DNA of 64,000 nucleotides, from positions 992,001 to 1,056,000 of the forward strand of contig OZ245817.1 in assembly GCA_965228475.1 (NCBI GenBank), in the 5' to 3' direction. The number at the start of each line of letters is the position of its first letter. Within the stretch, counting starts at the first letter, position 1. Position numbers and translations under genes: made by a program. Source of the stretch: Myxococcota bacterium. GTDB taxonomy: Bacteria > Myxococcota_A > UBA9160 > JAFDDA01. The notes beneath the pieces are model-generated. The model did no database searches. It was given only the letters and a program-made list of their open reading frames with translations, and was not told where the DNA came from. Positions 48,397 through 57,469 of this stretch are shown here, in pieces.

Positions 48397-48445
48397 TGGA
48401 GCCGACGAGCGGATTTGAACCGCTGACCTGCTGATTACGAATCAG
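48397..48445 (-). tRNA. tRNA-Thr(CGT) 3' fragment (att site remnant, not an intact tRNA)
   Basis: Minus strand reads CTGA-TTCGTAA-TCAGC AGGTC AGCGG-TTCAAAT-CCGCT CGTCGGC TCCA. The D-arm is missing. Adjacent to the integrase. Confidence 0.85.
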
Positions 48446-48560
48446 TCGCTCTGGCTTTCGCCGGCCTACCACCGACTACCCTCCGTCGCGATATCAGCAA
48501 CATATCCAATAGGTTGTTGATCGCTGCGTGAAGCCGGCGTACCCTGGGTTTCACCCCTTC

Positions 48561-48581
48561 GTGCTTGCCATGTGCTTGCCA
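48561..48581 (+). repeat. Tandem 10-bp direct repeat, candidate integrase arm-binding sites
   Basis: GTGCTTGCCA-T-GTGCTTGCCA between the att core and the integrase start. Confidence 0.65.
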
Positions 48582-48596
48582 GCGGGAGCGCTCCGG

Positions 48597-49787
48597 GTGC
48601 CGAAGCTCACCAAGAGGACGGTCGATGCAGCGCCGATCAAGGAGCGCGACTACGTCCTCTGGGACGAGGCTCTTCCCCGATTCGGGCTCCGGGTCCGCTC
48701 GTCAGGAACCAAGACCTACGTCGTCCAGTACCGGGCCAAGGGCCGCACCCGCCACCTCACGGTTGGGCGCCATGGCGTGCTCACGCCCGACCAGGCCCGG
48801 CGCGCAGCCCTGAAGCTCCTAGCCGAGGTCGAGAGGGGAGGGGACCCCTCTCGGGAGCGGGCGGCGGCGCGACGGGCCTCCACGGTTGCGGAACTCTGCG
48901 AGCGGTACCTGGAGGAGCATGCACGGCCACGAAAGAAGCCCCGCAGCGTGAGCGAGGATGAGCGGCTGATCGAGAGCTTCATCCTCAAGGCGATCGGTCC
49001 TCGAAAGATCGGGGAGGTCGAGCGGGCTGACATCTACCGAATCCGCAAGAGACTCAGCGCGACTCCGTACCAGGCCAATCGGGTCCTCTCTCTGCTCTCG
49101 AAGATGTTCAACCTGGCCGAACGCTGGAGCCTGCGGCCCGATGGGACCAATCCGGTACGGCACGTCGAGCGGTTCCCCGAGCGGAAGCGGGACCGGTTCT
49201 TGAGCGAGGAAGAGATGGCGCGCCTTGGAACGGCGCTGGACCAACTTGGCCGCAAGGGCCGGGTGTCGGAGGCGGCGGCAGCGGCGATCCGCCTTCTGGT
49301 CTTTACGGGCTGCCGGGTTACTGAAATCTTGTCGCTCCGTTGGGAGGACGTGGACCTCGACCGTCGCTGTCTCCGGCTGACTGAGTCGAAGACGGGACCG
49401 AAGGTGTTTCCGCTCAACACCCCTGCTTTGGAGGTTCTGGCCAGTCTCGATTCGAGCACTGGTCCATGGGTGATCCCAGGCCGAAAGCCGGGCGCTCCTC
49501 TGGTCAATCTGGCCAAGCCATGGCAACGGCTCTGCGATCAGGCCGAGCTCGCGGACGTGCGTCTTCACGACCTACGACATTCCTTTGCCAGCGTTGGCGC
49601 GGGTTCGGGCCACACCCTTCTGGTCATCGGAACCTTGCTCGGTCACACTCAGGCGGCGACCACGCAACGATACGCTCACCTCTCGGACGATCCGGTCCGA
49701 GCAGCATCGGAGACGATCGGGAAGCGAATCGCAGCTGCCATGGCTGGCAAGGACGCAAAGCTCACTCCACTCGTTGCGCGTCGCTGA
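48597..49787 (+). CDS. Tyrosine integrase with arm-binding (DUF4102/P4-like) domain
   Basis: KLTKRTVD..WD..LPRFGLRV. Catalytic motifs TGCR, SKTG, HDLRH, LGH, RYAH. Confidence 0.95.
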   Translation: MPKLTKRTVDAAPIKERDYVLWDEALPRFGLRVRSSGTKTYVVQYRAKGRTRHLTVGRHGVLTPDQARRAALKLLAEVERGGDPSRERAAARRASTVAELCERYLEEHARPRKKPRSVSEDERLIESFILKAIGPRKIGEVERADIYRIRKRLSATPYQANRVLSLLSKMFNLAERWSLRPDGTNPVRHVERFPERKRDRFLSEEEMARLGTALDQLGRKGRVSEAAAAAIRLLVFTGCRVTEILSLRWEDVDLDRRCLRLTESKTGPKVFPLNTPALEVLASLDSSTGPWVIPGRKPGAPLVNLAKPWQRLCDQAELADVRLHDLRHSFASVGAGSGHTLLVIGTLLGHTQAATTQRYAHLSDDPVRAASETIGKRIAAAMAGKDAKLTPLVARR

Positions 49788-50249
49788 CGTTGGCTAGAAG
49801 GTGTCCTCCAGCTCGATGCTCAGATCGCCACAGAAGGCCATCTTCGATCACGGGCGCAGTGGGCTGACTTCGAGTTGTCCAACCTTCTAGCGGCGACGGG
49901 ACTTGTGGAACGCCGGAGACTCTACTCCGGCCCTTCCTCGTCCTCGAAGTCGATCTCCTCGGTCGGAAAGAGCACGGTCAGCGCTCGGGGGTAGTCGGCG
50001 AGCCCGAGAGCGAAGACAGCCCCTCGTCCACAGGACGACGACGGGGGCCCTCGTTCCACCTGGCGACATGCCGGCGCTTTCGACGCAGATCTCTCTGAGC
50101 GGATCTGGAGCGAGCGCTCGACCCGATCTTTCGCTGATCCGTCCAGTCGGATCTTCCGATGGACACAGGGCGTGTGGGGGTCGTTCGCGACACCTGGGCG
50201 AATTGGTTCGAGGCTCCCGGCGCCATCGAGCTCGGGCTAGCCTCGCTCC

Positions 50250-51044
50250 ATGCGAGACCGGGCTTGGACCGGGAATCTGACGATGGGTTCTGGCTGGGCG
50301 CTTTTCATAGGAGCCCCGGGCCAGAACGAGCAGCACGAACACCAAGCTCTTCAGCTTTGCGTGTCGGGGGCAGGTCCCTTGCGCGCGACGCCGACCGAAG
50401 GCGCTCCCGTCGTTGGGCATGCAATCGCCATCGCGACGCGCACGTCGCACGCGATCGACGCGGACGGCGGGCCGCTCGCCTTGCTTTACCTCGAGCCGGA
50501 GGGTGAGCACGGCAGCGTGCTCTCCCGCGCACTCGACCCGGTCGGTCTGCTTTCCGCTCCGGAGAAGGCGACGCTCCCGGTTCGCCACGCCGTGGCCTCC
50601 GTGGAAATGAGCCTCTTGGGGCCGCAGGAAGCGTCCCGGCTTCGCGAAGCCATCGTCGCTCTCTGGCTCGACAGCCTGTCTGCCCCGGGTTCGGAGGCAA
50701 CCGCGACCGATCCTCGCGTCGCGGAAGCCAGGCGGATCGTTCGCAGCCGCCTTTCGGATGGCCGAATCTCGGCCGATGATGTGGCTCGAGCGGTCTCTCT
50801 CTCGCCGAGTCGGCTTGCTGCGTTGTTCCGAAAGGAAACCGGAGTTCCCCTGCGGGCGTTCGTCCTCTGGGCTCGGCTCCAGCAGGCCGTCGAGGCCGTG
50901 TCGGCTGGCCGGTCGTTGACCGAGGCGGCCCTCGAGGCGGGTTTCTCGGACTCCGCTCACCTCGCTCGGACCTTCCGTCGCATGTTCGGCACGACCCTCA
51001 CCCAGGGGGTCGGCCAGCTCCGGATCCAGGTGTCTGGCCTCTGA
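50250..51044 (+). CDS. AraC family regulator
   Basis: HEHQALQ cupin-like N-domain. LSPSRL..LFRKETG, AGFSDSAHLARTFRRMFG. Confidence 0.92.
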   Translation: MRDRAWTGNLTMGSGWALFIGAPGQNEQHEHQALQLCVSGAGPLRATPTEGAPVVGHAIAIATRTSHAIDADGGPLALLYLEPEGEHGSVLSRALDPVGLLSAPEKATLPVRHAVASVEMSLLGPQEASRLREAIVALWLDSLSAPGSEATATDPRVAEARRIVRSRLSDGRISADDVARAVSLSPSRLAALFRKETGVPLRAFVLWARLQQAVEAVSAGRSLTEAALEAGFSDSAHLARTFRRMFGTTLTQGVGQLRIQVSGL

Positions 51045-51146
51045 GGCACCTCGGCGCCAAGGCGCCATGGGACGCAATCGGTTCGTTCAAGCGGCAATCG
51101 TCCCCTCCCCGCATGCTGCGACGCGAGCTGCAAGGAGGACTCGTCC

Positions 51147-52004
51147 ATGGAGCGCCTGCATAGCCTGGTCCAGATCGGTTTCGTACCGGCCTTCGGCCTC
51201 GGGTTCGGTGGCCTCGCCATCGCCGGGGTTTCCGCCGGCTGGGGCTGGCTGTCTCTCGTCCTCGTCGTGCTGGCGGCCATCGCTGTCTCGTACGCGGCCG
51301 AACGGCTCCTCCCCTACCAAAGGACTTGGAACGAATCGCGAGGGGATTCCGGGCGCGACGTTCTCCATGCCATCGTCAACGAGGGCTCGGCGATCGCGTC
51401 GGTGGCCCTGCTCCCGGTGCTGGCAGTCGCCCTCGAGGGCGTTGCGCTCGCGCCCTGGCCCGCCGAGTGGCCCTTCGTGCTCCAGGTGATCGCCGCGATC
51501 GCTGTCTTCGACCTGGGGGTCACGCTCGCCCACTACGCCAGCCATCGCTTCGAGCTCCTCTGGCGGTTCCATGCGGTGCATCACAGCGTCGAGCGGATGT
51601 ATGGGCTCAACGGCCTGATGAAGCACCCGGTCCACCAGGCCATCGAGATGACCGTGGGGGTCGCACCGCTTCTGCTCTTCGGTCTGCCACCCGAGGTTGC
51701 CAGGGCCCTGGCGGTCTGCACGGCGCTTCAACTGCTGCTGCAACACTCGAACGTGGACTATCGGCTGGGGCCGCTGCGTCGCGTCCTGGCCCTGGCCGAA
51801 ATCCACCGCTTCCACCACCGCGGCGAGCCGGGCTTGGGGGACGTGAACTTCGGCCTCTTCACCACACTCGGCGATCGCCTCCTCGGCACGACGTACGACG
51901 ACCCGGCAGCTCCCCAGCTCGACTCGGGAGACCTCGGGATCCATGCGGAGCCCGACTACCCGGTGGCGTGGGCGGCTCAGATGGTCGAACCGTTCCGCGC
52001 TTGA
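51147..52004 (+). CDS. Sterol desaturase/fatty-acid hydroxylase family protein
   Basis: His boxes HYASH, HAVHH, QHSN, HRFHH. Confidence 0.9.
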   Translation: MERLHSLVQIGFVPAFGLGFGGLAIAGVSAGWGWLSLVLVVLAAIAVSYAAERLLPYQRTWNESRGDSGRDVLHAIVNEGSAIASVALLPVLAVALEGVALAPWPAEWPFVLQVIAAIAVFDLGVTLAHYASHRFELLWRFHAVHHSVERMYGLNGLMKHPVHQAIEMTVGVAPLLLFGLPPEVARALAVCTALQLLLQHSNVDYRLGPLRRVLALAEIHRFHHRGEPGLGDVNFGLFTTLGDRLLGTTYDDPAAPQLDSGDLGIHAEPDYPVAWAAQMVEPFRA

Positions 52005-52202
52005 GGCCGAAGCGTTGCCGGCGACAAGGCTCTTGGAACGCCCTGATGAGTCCAGGGGCTTCGTCGTGGTCGATCAGTCGCGGGCGCACGTCTACTACAC
52101 GGGCATCACGACGGATCGTCCCTTGGTGAACGTGAATCACCTGCCTGTCTTCAGTGCAGTGCGGCGCTGGGTCGAGGCCATCCGCGAGGCTTGAGGTTGC
52201 TC

Positions 52203-52652
52203 TCATCCATCGTCCTGAGGGAGAAGACGTTCGACGCCGACGAGCTGCGCCCGGATCCGCACGATCTCGGCCCGAAACGCTTCGCTCTCGAGCTCGAGGT
52301 CGTCGAGGCCGGAGGCGATCTCGGCGACATCACGCATCGCCTTGTCGATCGCTTTGCTCTTCAGGGGCTTCGTGCGGGCGATCAGGTCCAGGATCTGGCG
52401 TCCGAGCCGCGCCGTTCGTTCCCGGGCCTCTTCGGTGCGTCCCTCGCCGAGTGCGCGCTCCATCCCGTTCAGATTGGTACGCACGGCGAGAATCGTGAAC
52501 TCGGGTGCGCCGGCCTTCTCGCTCGAACCGGAGGCCGAGCCTCGCTCGTTGATCTTCGTTCCGAAGTGGCGCTCCTTTCCGTGGGCGCTCGAGACCGTGG
52601 GGTGGCCTCCGGCGACGACGAGAATCGCCAGCAAACCGAACCAAAGGCGCAT
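52203..52652 (-). CDS. Exported helical protein (His after signal peptide), last gene of cus-like operon
   Basis: MRLWFGLLAILVVAGG...SSAHGKERH. Start overlaps the cusA stop. Confidence 0.6.
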   Translation of the reverse strand: MRLWFGLLAILVVAGGHPTVSSAHGKERHFGTKINERGSASGSSEKAGAPEFTILAVRTNLNGMERALGEGRTEEARERTARLGRQILDLIARTKPLKSKAIDKAMRDVAEIASGLDDLELESEAFRAEIVRIRAQLVGVERLLPQDDG

Positions 52653-55600
52653 CACTTCGCTTCCTCCGAGGCTTCCTCGGGAAGCCCGCGGCTTCGCACC
52701 AGGGCGAACAAGACCGGGATTACCACGAGGGTGAGCACGGTCGCCGAAACCAGGCCGCCCACCATGGGTGCCGCGATCCGGCGCATCGTCTCGGAACCGG
52801 TACCCGAGCCCCACATGATCGGGAGGAGCCCCACGATGGTGGACGTGACGGTCATCATGATCGGCCGGACGCGGAGACCGGCTCCCTCGCGAACGGCCGC
52901 CAGGAGGTCCTTCCGACTTCGCAGGCGGTCTTCGCGCTCAAAGCGTGAGACGGCTTCCTCGAGGAACACCAGCAAAATGACGCCAAGCTCAGCCGAGACG
53001 CCCGCCAGTGCGATGAACCCGACGCCCACGGCAACGCTCAGGTCGTAGTCGAGCGCCCAGAGAAGCCACACGCCGCCCACGAGCCCGAATGGGAGCGTGA
53101 GCATCACGATGAGCGTGTCTGAGAGCCTTCGAAAGTTGAGGTACAGGAGCAGGAAGATGATGCCCAGCGTGATCGGCACGACGATCCGCAGCCGCTCGGC
53201 TGCGCGCTCCATGTACTCGTACTGTCCGCTCCAGACGAGGCTGTAGCCCGCCGGCATCGAGAGCTCACTGGCCAAGGTCTTCTTGGCACGGTTGACCCAC
53301 GTTCCCACGTCGACGCCGGCGAGGTCGACGTAGATCCACGCGTTGAGACGCGCATTCTCGCTCTTGATCGAGGGCGGACCCTTCCGGATCTGGATGTCCG
53401 CAAGCTGGTGGAGCGGGATCTGGGCCCCCGTCGGCGTCGGGACGAGAACGCGCCGCAGCATGGAGAGGTTGTCGCGCAGCTCCCGCGAGTAGCGCAGGTT
53501 CACGGGATAGCGCTCGAGGCCTTCGACCGTGAAGGTGACGTTGCGCCCGCCAATGGCCGACTGGATCACGTCCTGGACGTCGCTCACCGAGAGCCCATAG
53601 CGCGCGATCTCACGGCGATCGATGTCGTAGTCGAGGTAGTTGCCGCCGACCACCCGCTCGGCGTAGACGCTGAGGGTGCCGGGCTCGCTCCGAAGAATGG
53701 CTTCGATCTCGGCCCCGAGCTTCTCGAGGACCTCGAGGTCGGGACCGGCGACCTTGATGCCGACGGGCGTCTTGATACCAGTCGAGAGCATGTCGATCCG
53801 CGTCTTGATCGGCATCGTCCACGCATTCGTCACGCCAGGTAGCCGGACCGCCTGATCGAGCTCGTCGATCAGCTTCTGGACCGTCATTCCGGGCCGCCAT
53901 TCTTCCGGCGGCTTCAACGTGATCGTCGTCTCGATCATGGAGAGAGGCGCCGGGTCGGTCGCCGTCTCGGCCCGACCGATCTTCCCGAACACGTGATGCA
54001 CTTCGGGAAACTGCCGGATCATCCGGTCGGTCTGCTGGAGGATCTCGCGCGCCTTGGTGATCGAGATCCCCGGCAGCGTGGTCGGCATGTAGAGCAGGTC
54101 GCCCTCGTTGAGCGGCGGCATGAACTCGGAGCCCAGCTGTCGCAACGGCACGAGGGTGACGATCAGAACGGCCAGCGCGCCCGCGAGCACGACCAGCTTC
54201 CGCCGAAGCACGAAGCGGATCACGGGCGCATAGAGCCAGAGCAGAAACCGGTTCAGCGGGTTCCGGTGCTCGGGGACGATCCGTCCCCGGATGAACCAGA
54301 CCATCAGCAGGGGCACGATCGTGATCGCCAGGAACGCGGCGCCTGCCATGGCGTAGGTCTTGGTGAAGGCGAGCGGCGAGAAGAGCCGTCCCTCCTGAGC
54401 CTGGAGGCTGAAGACCGGCAGGAAGGAGACTGTGATGATCAGCAGCGAGAAGAAGAGAGACGGGCCGACTTCCGTCGCTGCGTCGATCAGGATCTCGGTG
54501 CGCGGCTTCTTGCCTTCGTCGCGTTCGAGATGCTTGTGGGCATTCTCGACCATCACCACCGCCGCATCGACCATCGCTCCGATGGCGATCGCGATTCCAC
54601 CGAGCGACATGATGTTGGCGTTGAGACCCTGGTGGTACATCACGATGAAGGAGACGAGGATGCCCAACGGGAGTGTCAGGATTGCGACGAACGCGCTTCG
54701 GAGATGGACGAGGAAAAGTACGCAGACGAGGGCCACGATGGCGACCTCTTCGAGCAACTTCTCCTGAAGGTTGTCCACGGCTCGTTCGATCAGCGTCGAT
54801 CGGTCGTAGACTTCGACGATCTCGACGCCTTCCGGAAGGCCCGCCTTGAGTGTCTCGAGCTTCGCCTTGACGTTGCGGATGACGTCGAGCGCATTTTCGC
54901 CGAAGCGCATCACGACGATCCCAGAGGCAACTTCGCCTTCGCCGTTCAGATCCGTCAGGCCGCGCCGGAGCTCAGGCCCCATGTGGACGTGGGCCACATC
55001 GCGAATGAGCACCGGCGTCCCGCGCCCGTCCGTCCCGATTGCAATCTGTTCCAGATCCTCGACGGACTCGACGTAGCCGCGCCCTCGGACCATGAACTCC
55101 GTCTCGGCCATCTCGATCAGACGGCCGCCGACGTCGTTGTTGCCGCGTTGGATCGCGCGGTGGACCTGCGAGAGGGGGATCCCATAGGCCGACAGCGCAT
55201 TCGGATCCGCTTCGACCTGGTACTGACGGACGAAGCCGCCGAGTGACGCGACCTCGGAGACGCCGGGAACGGTCTGGAGCTCGTAGCGGAGGTACCAGTC
55301 CTGGATCGAGCGCAGGTCCGCAAGATCCCGCTCGCCGGTCCGGTCGACGAGGGCGTACTGGTAGACCCATCCGACGCCAGTCGCATCGGGCCCGAGAGTG
55401 GGGGTTATTCCTGGCGGCAGGCGGCCCGAGACGAAGTTCAGATACTCGAGCACCCGCGACCGCGCCCAGTACAGATCGGTTCCGTCCTCGAAGATCACGT
55501 AGACGAACGAGAATCCGAAGAATGAGTACCCGCGCACGATCTTGGCGAACGGGACGGCCAGCATCGCCGTAGTGAGCGGGTAGGTGACCTGGTCCTCGAC

Positions 55601-55780
55601 CACCTGCGGAGCCTGGCCCGGGAACTCAGTAAAGACGATCACCTGGACGTCGGACAGGTCAGGGATCGCGTCGAGTGGCATGTTGACGGTGGCATACCCA
55701 CCCCACAGGATCAGGCCGACGGTCGCGAGACCGACGAGCAGCGGGTTCCGCGCCGAGGCGGCGATGATCCGTCTCAGCAT
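52652..55780 (-). CDS. cusA: CusA/CzcA heavy-metal RND pump
   Basis: DAIPDLSDVQVI, LGPDATGVGW, AIGAMVDAA, EFMPPL.EGD, RIDMLSTG. Confidence 0.95.
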   Translation of the reverse strand: MLRRIIAASARNPLLVGLATVGLILWGGYATVNMPLDAIPDLSDVQVIVFTEFPGQAPQVVEDQVTYPLTTAMLAVPFAKIVRGYSFFGFSFVYVIFEDGTDLYWARSRVLEYLNFVSGRLPPGITPTLGPDATGVGWVYQYALVDRTGERDLADLRSIQDWYLRYELQTVPGVSEVASLGGFVRQYQVEADPNALSAYGIPLSQVHRAIQRGNNDVGGRLIEMAETEFMVRGRGYVESVEDLEQIAIGTDGRGTPVLIRDVAHVHMGPELRRGLTDLNGEGEVASGIVVMRFGENALDVIRNVKAKLETLKAGLPEGVEIVEVYDRSTLIERAVDNLQEKLLEEVAIVALVCVLFLVHLRSAFVAILTLPLGILVSFIVMYHQGLNANIMSLGGIAIAIGAMVDAAVVMVENAHKHLERDEGKKPRTEILIDAATEVGPSLFFSLLIITVSFLPVFSLQAQEGRLFSPLAFTKTYAMAGAAFLAITIVPLLMVWFIRGRIVPEHRNPLNRFLLWLYAPVIRFVLRRKLVVLAGALAVLIVTLVPLRQLGSEFMPPLNEGDLLYMPTTLPGISITKAREILQQTDRMIRQFPEVHHVFGKIGRAETATDPAPLSMIETTITLKPPEEWRPGMTVQKLIDELDQAVRLPGVTNAWTMPIKTRIDMLSTGIKTPVGIKVAGPDLEVLEKLGAEIEAILRSEPGTLSVYAERVVGGNYLDYDIDRREIARYGLSVSDVQDVIQSAIGGRNVTFTVEGLERYPVNLRYSRELRDNLSMLRRVLVPTPTGAQIPLHQLADIQIRKGPPSIKSENARLNAWIYVDLAGVDVGTWVNRAKKTLASELSMPAGYSLVWSGQYEYMERAAERLRIVVPITLGIIFLLLYLNFRRLSDTLIVMLTLPFGLVGGVWLLWALDYDLSVAVGVGFIALAGVSAELGVILLVFLEEAVSRFEREDRLRSRKDLLAAVREGAGLRVRPIMMTVTSTIVGLLPIMWGSGTGSETMRRIAAPMVGGLVSATVLTLVVIPVLFALVRSRGLPEEASEEAK

Positions 55781-55783
55781 CCG

Positions 55784-57469
55784 TTACTCCTGCGTGTGCC
55801 CGGCACGAGGATCGGACGCGTCGTGCCCAGCGTGCGGATCCTTGCTCTCGGGCATCGGCATCTGGTGTCCGGCATGCGGGTCGGGCATCTCGTGCCCCGC
55901 GTGAAGATCGGCTTCCTCGGGCATGGGCATGGTGTGTCCCGTGTGGGGGTCTTCGGCGTCGGGCATCGCGTGTCCCGCGTGGGGATCCTTGGCGTCGGGC
56001 ATCCCGTGTCCCGCGTGGGGATCTTTGGCGTCGGGCATCCCGTGTGCCGCGTGGGAATCTTTGGCGTCGGGCATCACGTGCCCCGCGTGGGGATCCGCTT
56101 TGTCGGGCATGGGCATGGTATGCCCCGCATGAGGGTCGCTCTGCTCGGCGGACGGCATGTCGTGCCCGGCATGCTCTTCGCCCGACGACTCCGGGCTTGC
56201 GAGCATCTTCTGAACGGCTTCCTGGAGACGGCTCTCGCTGTCGATGAGGAACTGACCCGAGGTCACGATCCGCTCGCCTTCGGCGAGCCCCTCGGTCACC
56301 TCGATCCAGCCGTCGCCTGCGTCGATGCCGAGCCGGACGTTCCGTGGTTCGAACCGTCCCTCGCCGGCCGAAACAATCGCAAGCATCCGCTGTCCCGAGC
56401 GCAGGATCGCCTCCTCCGGCACCGCCAGAACATCCTCCTGGACCTTCGTGTCGATGGTCACGTTGGCGAACATGTCCGGCTTGAGAACGAGCCCTGGGTT
56501 CGGGAACTCGAGCCGGACGCGGGCCGTTCGGGTCTTGGGGTCGAGGAAGGGGTACACGTAGGTCACCTCGCCCTCGAAATCCTGGCCTGGGAGGTAACTG
56601 AGCTCTGCAATCCCGCGTTGGCCCACGGAGATCCACGGAAGCTCGTACTCGTAGACGTCGGCATAGACCCAGATGTGCGAGAGGTCTGCCACCGTGTAGA
56701 GGCGCATGTTCGGGTCGACTTCCATTCCTTCGCGCGCCATCAGGTCGACCACCACACCGGGCCCCGGTGCGTAGAGCGTCAGGTTCTTGCGCACCTTGCC
56801 GGTCTCGAGCAGCCGGCGGATGTCTCGCTCGGGGATGTCCCACAGCTCGAGGCGACGCTTGCTGGCCCGAAAGAGCGCCTCCCCGCTCTCCACGACGTCC
56901 TTGAAAGCACTCTTCGCGGTCGCGTCCCGGTAGCGGACGGCTTGAAGCAGCTCCTCCTGCGTCGATACGAGCTCAGGCGAGTAGATTTCCAGCATCGGCT
57001 GCCCGCGCTCGACCATCTCCCCTTCGTACTCGACATGGAGTTTCTCGATCCACCCTTGGATCTTCGTGTGGACGTGATCGACGCGCCGCTCGTCGTAGGC
57101 GACGCGCCCGACGGCGCGTACCCTGCGCGAGAGATCTCGGCGTTCCACCGGTGCCATGCGGACGCCCATGCTCTGAACCAGCGAGGGGTCGATGCGGACG
57201 CCCCCCCCGCCGACGGCGGATTCCTCGCCCGGGCAGACGGGCACGAGATCCATGCCCATGGGGCTCTTCCCGGGCTCGTCCCGCACGTAGGTCGGGTCCA
57301 TGGGCGCCTTCCAGTAGAGTGCCTCGGCGCCGCCGGGGCAGGGGCCTGATCCGCTCGACGCGGCAGTGGACTCGCCGCCAGCCGGCTCCCTTCGGCTCCC
57401 GGCCCACCAGCCGCCACCGGCGGCCACCGCAACCAAGGCGATCACAACGATCAGGTGTGCCGGTCTCAT
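55784..57469 (-). CDS. cusB: CusB-like RND periplasmic adaptor with N-terminal metal-binding motif and His/Met repeat tail
   Basis: YWKAPMDP...PGKSPMGMDLVP, GWIEKL, YSPEL, LKPDMF, SGQFLIDSES. Confidence 0.92.
   Translation of the reverse strand: MRPAHLIVVIALVAVAAGGGWWAGSRREPAGGESTAASSGSGPCPGGAEALYWKAPMDPTYVRDEPGKSPMGMDLVPVCPGEESAVGGGGVRIDPSLVQSMGVRMAPVERRDLSRRVRAVGRVAYDERRVDHVHTKIQGWIEKLHVEYEGEMVERGQPMLEIYSPELVSTQEELLQAVRYRDATAKSAFKDVVESGEALFRASKRRLELWDIPERDIRRLLETGKVRKNLTLYAPGPGVVVDLMAREGMEVDPNMRLYTVADLSHIWVYADVYEYELPWISVGQRGIAELSYLPGQDFEGEVTYVYPFLDPKTRTARVRLEFPNPGLVLKPDMFANVTIDTKVQEDVLAVPEEAILRSGQRMLAIVSAGEGRFEPRNVRLGIDAGDGWIEVTEGLAEGERIVTSGQFLIDSESRLQEAVQKMLASPESSGEEHAGHDMPSAEQSDPHAGHTMPMPDKADPHAGHVMPDAKDSHAAHGMPDAKDPHAGHGMPDAKDPHAGHAMPDAEDPHTGHTMPMPEEADLHAGHEMPDPHAGHQMPMPESKDPHAGHDASDPRAGHTQE
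55787..56178 (-). repeat. About 11 imperfect tandem repeats encoding DPHAGHxMP
   Basis: Core 36-bp units (e.g. CCCGCGTGGGGATC-TTGGCGTCGGGCATC) repeated at 55960-56080. Confidence 0.9.

Noticed and set aside
48397..48470. Intact tRNA-Thr gene
   Set aside because: No proper D-arm and a mismatch at the top of the anticodon stem. Treated as an att remnant.
49790..50240. Minus-strand coding-like fragment (GLADYPRALTVLFPTEEIDFEDEEGPE*) after the integrase
   Set aside because: Short, frameshifted and without an identifiable family.
52041..52075. CTGATGAGTCC resembling a hammerhead ribozyme core
   Set aside because: No closing stem II followed by GAAA. The region reads more like a gene fragment.
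55787..56178. CRISPR-like array
   Set aside because: Repeats are in frame within cusB, lack unique spacers, and no cas genes are present.
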